This document shows positions 63,916-64,000 of a DNA stretch of 64,000 nt, piece after piece. A program made the translations under genes and the position numbers. Under the pieces are notes generated by a model that saw only the letters and a list, made by a program, of their open reading frames with translations, made no database searches and had not been told where the DNA came from. This DNA comes from Anolis carolinensis (lineage: Eukaryota), in contig NC_085841.1 of NCBI RefSeq assembly GCF_035594765.1, positions 239,340,689-239,404,688 on the forward strand, read 5' to 3'. Each line of letters begins with the position of its first letter. Position 1 is the first letter of the stretch.

Positions 63916-64000
63916 TAATAATAATAATTATACATCACATAGTCCTAAACACTTGGGAAGTGTTTGACTTGTGATTTTGCATACGAAATCCAGCATATAT

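Overview
Eukaryotic (vertebrate) genomic DNA, very likely a squamate and probably an Anolis lizard, judging from Sauria-type SINEs, an AnolisSINE2-like element, Penelope, CR1, L2 and RTE/Bov-B repeats. The only host coding sequence I can support is the first coding exon of ASIC4 (minus strand, 9738-10313) inside a CpG-island promoter. Bases 1-9737 are its first intron, and the remaining ~53 kb is upstream DNA rich in transposons. The dominant accessory feature is a complete 12.5-kb hAT transposon (36567-49045) with a perfect 8-bp TSD and a disabled BED-DDE transposase. It carries three different tandem arrays (111, ~279 and 141 bp units) that share a motif resembling the element's own terminus, plus nested LINE fragments. 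Other points of note: Penelope copies with hammerhead-ribozyme motifs next to the ASIC4 promoter, a 47-bp ASIC4 intron segment duplicated inside a Penelope copy, an 80-codon uORF, a bipartite RTE-derived element with a structured 5' end, and a decayed Gypsy gag with a SCAN-like region. Repeat family names come from recall of consensus sequences, not from a database search.
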